In this document: one piece after another, positions 54,218 through 61,300 of the stretch | Layout of the letters: every line of letters begins with the position of its first letter | How positions within the stretch are numbered: position 1 is the first letter of the stretch | Sequence record: ON529855.1 | DNA: 64,000 nt | Strand: one strand, 5' to 3' | Translations under genes and position numbers: made by a program | The notes under the pieces: generated by a model | Told to the model about the DNA's origin: nothing | Seen by the model: only the letters and a program-made list of their open reading frames with translations | Database searches by the model: none

Positions 54218-54454
54218 TCAGCCGGCGCGGCGCTTGAGCGTCTCGTGCAGCGGCGGATAGGGGACCGGGGCGTAGATCACCTCGACCAGGCGAGGGCGGC
54301 GGCCGGTGCGGATTTTGGCAGGCAGGGGCACGTTGCGGCGCCGCAGTTCGGCGGCGGCGGCGGCGCTCGCCAGGGAGCCCGACAGGTAGACGCCGATCAG
54401 TTCGGCGACCGTCAGGGTCATCATGCGCTGGGCGCGGGTGGTGTTGTGAGCCAC
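54218..54454 (-). CDS. hypothetical protein (78 aa)
   Basis: GGAGAG SD before GTG. Confidence 0.55.
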   Translation of the reverse strand: MAHNTTRAQRMMTLTVAELIGVYLSGSLASAAAAAELRRRNVPLPAKIRTGRRPRLVEVIYAPVPYPPLHETLKRRAG

Positions 54455-54553
54455 GAGGGTCTCTCCATCTGGATGTGATCCAGGCGAGAGACACGGGCGC
54501 GCGCTAGGCGGCCGCGAAGGGTCTCCGTCCTGGAAGTTACCAGATGCGAGAGA

Positions 54554-54745
54554 TTAGTCGGAGGGCTTGGCCCCGAAGACCGAGGCGATCGCCGTCAAAG
54601 CCTTCTTGACCCGGTTGGGTCGTTGGGTCAGCGCCGAGGCGCAGACCTTCTTGATTTCGTCAAGGGTGAGCGAGGCCGGGTCACGCAGGCCGCGCGCGGC
54701 GATCGAGCCGACGCTGGCGGAGGTGACTTCGGTGGTGGTGCTCAT
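54554..54745 (-). CDS. small hypothetical protein (63 aa)
   Basis: GAGG SD; TSASVGSIAARGL...EIKKVCASALTQ resembles small alphaproteobacterial/phage proteins. Confidence 0.7.
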   Translation of the reverse strand: MSTTTEVTSASVGSIAARGLRDPASLTLDEIKKVCASALTQRPNRVKKALTAIASVFGAKPSD

Positions 54746-54755
54746 GGGAAACCTC

Positions 54756-54830
54756 TGGCGAGTCCAAGGGGAGTTGAACCCCTCTCTCCACCGTGACAGG
54801 GTGGTGTCCTAACCGATAGACGATGGACCC
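54756..54830 (-). tRNA. tRNA-Asp(GTC)
   Basis: CCACC-CTGTCAC-GGTGG; G73; CCA. Confidence 0.95.
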
Positions 54831-54861
54831 GTATCAGAGGGTCGATCCGCAGGAAGATGCT

Positions 54862-54939
54862 TGGAAGGGCGCCGGAGACTCGAACTCCGCTCACTTGGTT
54901 GAAAGCCAAGTATCCTGCAAACCGCTAGACGAGCGCCCC
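54862..54939 (-). tRNA. tRNA-Glu(TTC)
   Basis: CTTGG-CTTTCAA-CCAAG; CCA. Confidence 0.9.
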
Positions 54940-54973
54940 ATAAAGCACAGGGCGTCGAACACGAGAGCCGCGA

Positions 54974-55039
54974 TTAGGCGGCGGTCGTATCTCGGCCCTG
55001 GAAGGCCTCTCGTTCGTAGCTGGTCAGACGGTAGGTCAT
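54974..55039 (-). CDS. putative leaderless 21-aa peptide (MTYRLTSYEREAFQGRDTTAA)
   Basis: ATG 6 nt after TTGACA-N17-TACAAG (55074-55046); precedes tRNA-Glu/Asp. Confidence 0.4.
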   Translation of the reverse strand: MTYRLTSYEREAFQGRDTTAA

Positions 55040-55070
55040 TTGTCGCTTGTATCAGAACTGTCGGTGGGTG

Positions 55071-55250
55071 TCAAGAAGGACGGCGAATCTTTTTGGACCT
55101 TGCATGGGGTCGGTCTTCCTCGGCCTCAGGCTCGGCCGCGTCCCAGGCCATCCACAGGGCCGCGAGAAAAGCAGGCGGACCCATCAAGTCTTCCAACCGC
55201 TTCAAGGCCCGGTCGTTGGCCGCCAGGAAGGCGTCGCCGTATTCAAGCAT
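55071..55250 (-). CDS. hypothetical protein (59 aa, not in ORF track)
   Basis: GAGGT SD; MLEYGDAFLAANDRALKRLEDLM... Confidence 0.55.
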   Translation of the reverse strand: MLEYGDAFLAANDRALKRLEDLMGPPAFLAALWMAWDAAEPEAEEDRPHARSKKIRRPS

Positions 55251-55264
55251 CGTGACCTCGGGAG

Positions 55265-55695
55265 ATTTCAGGGGGCCGGCTTTGGCGCGCGGCGTTTAAC
55301 CGCCGGCGCCTAGACGGAGGCAGCGTGCCAGCCCTGCTCGACTGGCCCAGCCCCCTCAAGGCGATGAGTGCCAGGAAAGGCGGCAATGGTCAAGGGGAAA
55401 TGCGGTGGGTACAGCTTCAACCGGCCTTGCGGCCTGCGGGTCTTTCGGGCGTCCTGCCCACCGCGCCTACTACGACGCCTTTTTCGGCCCCGGCGCGCCG
55501 GAGAGAAAAAATCGACGGGTGACCGCTACCGGCCTCGCCTGCTGGCCCGTCCCAGCGCCTGACCTTCTCTTCGCGACGCCCTTGTGGGCGTTATGGCCTT
55601 CCCGTCCGAAGACAGACGCCGTGAAGGGTCAGCGGGACCGCATGATCGTCAGCCGCACGGCCAGCGCGGCGAGCGGATCAGAGGCCTGTCCCGGA
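55265..55695 (-). ncRNA. candidate structured ncRNA downstream of tRNA-Gly
   Basis: No credible ORF; nested stems with cUUCGg and GNRA loops. Confidence 0.4.
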
Positions 55696-55700
55696 AAGAA

Positions 55701-55774
55701 TGGAGCGACTGGTCGGAATCGAACCGACGTCCCCAGGGTGGAAACCTAGTGCTAAGCCTCTCAGCTACAGCCGC
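55701..55774 (-). tRNA. tRNA-Gly(TCC)
   Basis: CTAGG-TTTCCAC-CCTGG; U73; CCA. Confidence 0.95.
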
Positions 55775-55788
55775 AGTATAAAAGAGGG

Positions 55789-55864
55789 TGGAGCGACTCT
55801 CGGGACTCGAACCCGACCCTGCGCGTTGGCAACGCGTTGTACCCACCCATAATACGTGAGTCGC
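55789..55864 (-). tRNA. tRNA-Gly(GCC)
   Basis: ACGCG-TTGCCAA-CGCGC; U73; CCA. Confidence 0.9.
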
Positions 55865-55877
55865 AGTGGTTAATAAA

Positions 55878-55959
55878 TGGCACGGGTGGAGGGATTCGAA
55901 CCCCCGACGTATGCTGGTTTTGGAGACCAGTGCCTTGAGCCAGACTTGGCGACACCCGT
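55878..55959 (-). tRNA. tRNA-Trp(CCA)
   Basis: CTGGT-CTCCAAA-ACCAG; G73; CCA. Confidence 0.95.
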
Positions 55960-55972
55960 GTAAACTTGAAAG

Positions 55973-56497
55973 CTACTTATAACGCTCTTGAATGAACTTG
56001 ACAACCCGCTGCGGCGTACTTTCGTCGGCGGTGGTGCGAAAATCGATCCGATCCCCCAGCAGGGCCAGCAGCTTCTGATCCACCTCCAGGGCTTCCGCCT
56101 CGTTGTGGTGGCGGCCGTAGGTCTGATAGGCGGACGCCGGGCGATCGAGCCAGACGTTGACGTTCTCGTAGGAATCGAAAAGGTCGAAGACCTCCTGATG
56201 GAACTCCGGCTGGGCGTAGTCGCCCTGGCCGTAGACGCAGCCCAACAGCAGGGGACTGTCGGTCAAAATCCAATCGACGTGACCGAGGAATCGTTTCAGC
56301 CGGGACGCCTGTTTCCAGGTGACGCGGCGCTGATCGGCCAAGGTCGCCCAGTCCTGACTGACGGAGCGCTCGGTGGCGTACTCCTCGACCTGGGCGGCGC
56401 GGTATCCGCCGATCTTCAGGTGAAAGAAGGTCCCGGCCTTGACCGTCGACTTACCGCCGCACGGGCCAGACCAGAAGTTCAGGACACGCGTCGTCAT
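55973..56497 (-). CDS. NadR/AAA_28-type P-loop kinase/ATPase
   Basis: NFWSGPCGGKST Walker A; VEEYATE; ILTDSPLL. Confidence 0.8.
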   Translation of the reverse strand: MTTRVLNFWSGPCGGKSTVKAGTFFHLKIGGYRAAQVEEYATERSVSQDWATLADQRRVTWKQASRLKRFLGHVDWILTDSPLLLGCVYGQGDYAQPEFHQEVFDLFDSYENVNVWLDRPASAYQTYGRHHNEAEALEVDQKLLALLGDRIDFRTTADESTPQRVVKFIQERYK

Positions 56498-56565
56498 GCA
56501 GCAAACGGACTTTCAACCGGCTGTAGGGATTCAGATTGTGGGGGTGGCGCATTGCGCCGGCAGGT

Positions 56566-56865
56566 TTAGCTGCGCCAGCTTCCGTCGGCGTCGTCAACGA
56601 CGTCCGGGGCATCCAGATCGGCTTCGACCGTCCGGCGCTGTCGACCTCGACCTCGTCCGCGCGGCGCCTCTTGGGCGTCTTCGGGCTCAGCCTGCACGAT
56701 CAGGGCCTCGACGGCATCGACGACGATCTCAACCGGAGGGGCGACTTCGACACGGGTCCAGGGCGTGCGCGACCATCCGTGCTGAAGCACGAGGGAGCCG
56801 GCCTTCGCCGAGGGAACGTCGAAGGGCTCGCAAGTTTCCGGATGATAAACGCGCTCGGTAGCCAT
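56566..56865 (-). CDS. hypothetical protein (99 aa)
   Basis: Own promoter TTGACA-N17-TAAGGT (56902-56874); ATG 8 nt after the -10 box, so leaderless or nearly so. Confidence 0.7.
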   Translation of the reverse strand: MATERVYHPETCEPFDVPSAKAGSLVLQHGWSRTPWTRVEVAPPVEIVVDAVEALIVQAEPEDAQEAPRGRGRGRQRRTVEADLDAPDVVDDADGSWRS

Positions 56866-56914
56866 AAGGAGGGACCTTATACGAACTCTGCGCGATTGTC
56901 AATTATTACGGCAG

Positions 56915-57700
56915 TCAGTCGAGCGCCCAGTTGAACCACACCGCCTTTTTCTCGCCCGGCGCCTCAGCGTATTCGGGCTCCAGCGGCGTGACGAAGTCGT
57001 TGAGGAAGACGCCGTTCAAGAAGTCGCCGGTTGCGCGGTGGCCGTGAATGAAGCGCGGCTCCCCGCCGGCACCATAGGCGTCAAACCCCTGGCCGAGTCG
57101 CCAGCCGTTGATACGGCGAACCGTCCGCGCCTCCTGGGTCCACAGGTAAGCGCGATAGGCCCCGCGCCGCAGGCGCGTGTTGAGCGCGAGCCGCAGCATG
57201 ACGCCGTTAAGCGGGGCCTCCTCGATATGCGAGAAGACGAGATGGTCGGCGGAATCGTAGAGACCGATCCGCACGGCGCCTGCGCCCGCGCTCAGCCATA
57301 CCCCCGCCTCGGTCAGCCGAATCGTGTCCGAGGCGACGTGGAAGGTCTCGAACAGGATCGTCTCGGCCGGCAAGTCGGCTTCTTCCGGTGCGCCATCGAA
57401 CGCCAGTCCCGGCACCGCAAATCCCCCAGGAGGAGCGTCCACCGCCACGACCCCATCGACGACAGCCAGGGGCGCCAGGTCGGGGTCCCAGGTCAGGACG
57501 CCGGCTTTGCGCGACAGCGGCGCGCTTTGCGGCCCCGTCGCGGGGGCCACGCCGGAGGCGGCTGACGGCAGATGGATGGATTCAGGACGGCCGTCGACGC
57601 GCAGGTGCAGCCTGCGGTCCGCCGTATTGTGCCCGACCTGCCCCGGCAGCAGGTGAGGTCGGGCGTTCGGCGTGGCCGAGTGTTTGTTCTGGATCGCCAT
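56915..57700 (-). CDS. virion fibre-associated protein (261 aa)
   Basis: N-terminal collar-like motif (LLPGQVGHNTADRRLH); coupled to the upstream genes. Confidence 0.65.
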   Translation of the reverse strand: MAIQNKHSATPNARPHLLPGQVGHNTADRRLHLRVDGRPESIHLPSAASGVAPATGPQSAPLSRKAGVLTWDPDLAPLAVVDGVVAVDAPPGGFAVPGLAFDGAPEEADLPAETILFETFHVASDTIRLTEAGVWLSAGAGAVRIGLYDSADHLVFSHIEEAPLNGVMLRLALNTRLRRGAYRAYLWTQEARTVRRINGWRLGQGFDAYGAGGEPRFIHGHRATGDFLNGVFLNDFVTPLEPEYAEAPGEKKAVWFNWALD

Positions 57701-58311
57701 CAGAGGAACCGCAGGGAAACAACGTGGTGTTGAGGAATGGACGACCAGGGCGACATGGTCTGGACATGCTCCACAATCAGGTTCGACGTCGTGGGCGTCG
57801 TCTCGATCGTATAATGCCCCGGCTCCAGCCAGCGGTCGAAACCTGGCTCCAGGGTCATGGCGCCGTTGATCGCGAAGTCGTGCGTTTCGAGCAGGAGCCC
57901 TTTCACATCGAACAGACGCGCAGTGAGCGTGCCCGTGCCGCCGTTGCTGCGCAGCCGCATCGCGATCAGTCGAGCCGGCTCGGCCAGAGCGATCGTCGTC
58001 GTGCGGACAATGCCGCCGAAGGGCAGGAAGCCGACCGCCACCGGCGCGCAGCCCGGCAGCACCCAGACCTTGCGGTCCATGGGACGCCCGCCGCCGCCTG
58101 CCTGAAGCGGGCCATGCTCGACGCCTTCGGGCGTCATCAGGCGGACGTCGTCGCCCCCCAGGGCGCGTTCCGGCAGAAGCGGCACGCTCATGTCAAAGGA
58201 GTCCTGACCGACGCCCAGGATGCGCGCTTCTCGGTCAATCGTCAGTTCGCCCGGCGCGCGAGGCTCGACCGGGCTCACCTCGAACGGCGTGAGGTAGATG
58301 GTATCAGGCAT
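57700..58311 (-). CDS. virion fibre-associated protein (203 aa)
   Basis: TGATG coupling on both sides; beta-rich C-terminus. Confidence 0.65.
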   Translation of the reverse strand: MPDTIYLTPFEVSPVEPRAPGELTIDREARILGVGQDSFDMSVPLLPERALGGDDVRLMTPEGVEHGPLQAGGGGRPMDRKVWVLPGCAPVAVGFLPFGGIVRTTTIALAEPARLIAMRLRSNGGTGTLTARLFDVKGLLLETHDFAINGAMTLEPGFDRWLEPGHYTIETTPTTSNLIVEHVQTMSPWSSIPQHHVVSLRFL

Positions 58312-61300
58312 CAGGCGGTCGCCCACACATAGGCCAGAGCCGACGCCTCGCGGGAGGTCGGCGTCGGCGCGTCCAACAAGGAGCCCGTATCGGGCGCGGC
58401 GGGATCACCCACCATCGTCATATCAGCGGCGAAGGCCGTCGGGCCGCGTCGGGCCGACAGCGTGGGAGCGGCGCCGGTGACGGCGATCATGGCGGCGTGC
58501 CACCCTGCTTCCAGCACCACGTCCTGGTCCACGGACTTCGGTCCGGTAGGTCCGGAGGCCGACACCTGCACGCTCACGGCGACATCGCCGGGCATTTGAA
58601 GCGCCTGGTCCCAACGACAGACGCCGAACCGGATCGTGCCGGCCGACGCCGCAGTGATCGTGACGCCGAAACGGGTGAACCGGGTCGTGCGCGGCAGGAA
58701 GAACGGACGATAGACCACCTTGCCGACGGGCGGCTGGTTGGCCGAAGCGTCCATGCCGAAGTCGGTCAGATAGCGATCGCCCGCGCGCGCTGGCAACAGC
58801 ACCGGCGCATCGTAGACGGGGTCCGGCGCGCGCCAGGTTCCGTCCGCATAGAGGATGTCCCCAGGCTCGCCGCCCTCGGGAGCCACGCCGCCCAACGCGA
58901 TACGGCCCAGGGGCCGCGCCTGCATGACGCCGTAACCGTCGGTCGCGAAGAGGAGACCATCCGTCTCGTTCAGCGCAATTTCCAGCGGCTCAAGCGCGAT
59001 GGGGACATTGCCGCGCACCAGGGTGCGTTTGTAGCGGATGACCACGCCGCCCGACCCCGAGACGTGCACCCCGTCGCCATCTTCGACATAGCCTTCGACC
59101 GGTTGGAGATAGACCGTCGGCAAGGGCGCCGACGCCGAGGTTCCGCCCGCGCCTTCCGATTCCGGCGGAGAGACGAGGATGACGGAATCACTCAGGTCGC
59201 CGTCGACGACCGCCGCCGTCAGTTCGGCGGCGAAACCGCGCGGCGGCGTCACGTAGATGCGGTCGAAGTAGTTGATGCGGACGGTGGCGCTGCGGCTGAA
59301 CGAGGCCAGCGGCGTGCCGACCAGGATCAGGCCGAGGTCGCGAGACACGCTCGCGGTCACTTCGACCAGGGGGTCTCCGTTCATGCCGACCGCGATCGTG
59401 ACGAGAGGACCGCCCTGAGGCCCCGCACTGACGATGGCGTTGGCCGCGCCCGTCGCTCCGCCCGTGGCGAAGGCGATCGTGATGTCGTTCTCGAACGGCT
59501 CGGTGGTGTAAGGAATGGGCAGTTCGCCCAACCCTGCCAGCGGCACGATCTGAACCGGCGCGCCGAAATCGCCGTCGGCCGTTTCATCGGGACCGCTCAG
59601 GTCGCCCTGGGGCGCCTGGAGCGTGACCACGCCCAGGAACTGACCCGGCTGCGGAGCCCAACCGGCATTGCCCTCGGCGGAGCCTTCAGGCGCCGTCAGC
59701 GGGATGACGCTGTCGATCTCACCGATCCACATGTCGGCGACGCCCATCTCGCCCTCGATCTCGGAGAGAGCGATCACCAGAGGGTCGAACATCTCGAAGC
59801 CGTTGCCGAGAATGTAGTTCATCGGCTGGAGCGTGACCGTCAGGGTCTGGTCCAGTTTGAGATCGACGCCGGCCTCCAGGCCCACGGACGGCGGGAAGGG
59901 ATAGGCGAGGTCCTCGCCGATCCCCGTCACCACCAGGGCGTCGTTCTGAGGCTGACCGCCCAGATCACCCGAGACGTAGATGGTCGGCAAATAGGCGCCG
60001 ATGCCGCCTGCGGCCTTGGCCTGCGGGTCCATCATCAGGATGGATTCGCCCAGGTCACCCGAACCTTGAGCGCCCATGGCGATGGCGCCGACCGGCGGAA
60101 CGACGGTGACAACCGGCAAGGAACCGACCGCGTCTCCGGCTTTCGATCCCTCGCCCGATCCCGACGCCGAGGTCACCAGAACCGTGCCGATCTGCGTGAC
60201 GTTGAACGTCACCGGGATGGACAGTTCACCCTCGAACACCGACAGAGCGGCCAGGCCAGGCCCGCCCGCCATGCCGGGCACGATGGCGAAGTTGGGCACC
60301 CCGCCCAGGCCGACGCCGGACTGATACACCGGATTGGTGGTCCCAGCAGGCGTGCCCGTCGCGGACGTCTCCGTGACCCCCTCCAGGAGGAGGTCGCCCA
60401 GGAAGCCGGAGCCGCCGCCGGCTGATCCCGACGTCGATCCGCTGTTGAGCGCGCCGCCGCCGCCGCCGTAGTAGCCGCCGCCGCCGCCTGCGCCGGTCGC
60501 ACCCACGCCGCTCGCGCCCACGACGCTTTCGCTGCCGTCGATCTGGAACCCGTCGCCGCCGCGAAGATAGGCTCCGTTGCCGTTGCCGCTGGTGTTCGAC
60601 GCGCCTACGCCGCCCGCTGACTGCGTGCCGCCCGTGCCCATGCCTTGCGCCGTTCCGACGCCGTTGCCGCCGGACAGACCGCCACCGAACCCGCCGCGAC
60701 GGGCCGCCGTCGCCGCCCCCGCGCCGCCTCCGCCGACGACCGCCACCAAGACGCCATTACGCCAGACGCGGGTCGAGCCGCCGCCCGCACCGCCGCCGTA
60801 GGTTCCCGGTCCGCCGCCGCCGCCGTCGGGCCAACCGCCCATGCTGCCCGTGAAGTTGCCCGGCGAAGAGCCGCCTTGGCCCACTTCAATGCGAATGAGG
60901 TCGCCCGGCTGGAACATGACGACGCCGGTCAAGTGACCGCCCGCGCCGCCGATCGAGTCCTGGGCGATCGTGTTGGTGTAAAGCTGCGAGCCTGCGCCGC
61001 CGCCGCCCCACAGGTTCAGATTGACGCCGCCGCTGAAGGTGGTGATGAAATCTCGGGGACCATAAACGTCGCCCAGCAGCGAGAGCGCGCCTTCCGGCAA
61101 CGGCGCGATCGACGCGCCGGGCGTAAAGTCGAGAACCGCCCGGCCGTCGCCGCCGGGAAGGATCGCCGCCTTCGTCGCCTGGACGCCGCCCACGCCCACG
61201 CCCGCCGCATAATCCGCGTCGCCCGTCGCCGGGGGATTGGCCCCGACACCGCCCGCGAGGCGGTAGTTGAGCGCCAAGGGGCCGCCGTAGCTGGAACCGC

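Noticed and set aside
54974-55039. tmRNA tag peptide (ends in AA)
   Set aside because: It starts with ATG at a promoter and is not enclosed by tRNA-like ends.
55500-55700. Cobalamin riboswitch
   Set aside because: Only a GGGAAGG fragment; the conserved GCAACUGU and GCCACUG elements are missing.
55878-56566. Attenuator for the Trp-Gly-Gly array
   Set aside because: No leader ORF enriched in Trp/Gly and no terminator between the AAA gene and tRNA-Trp.
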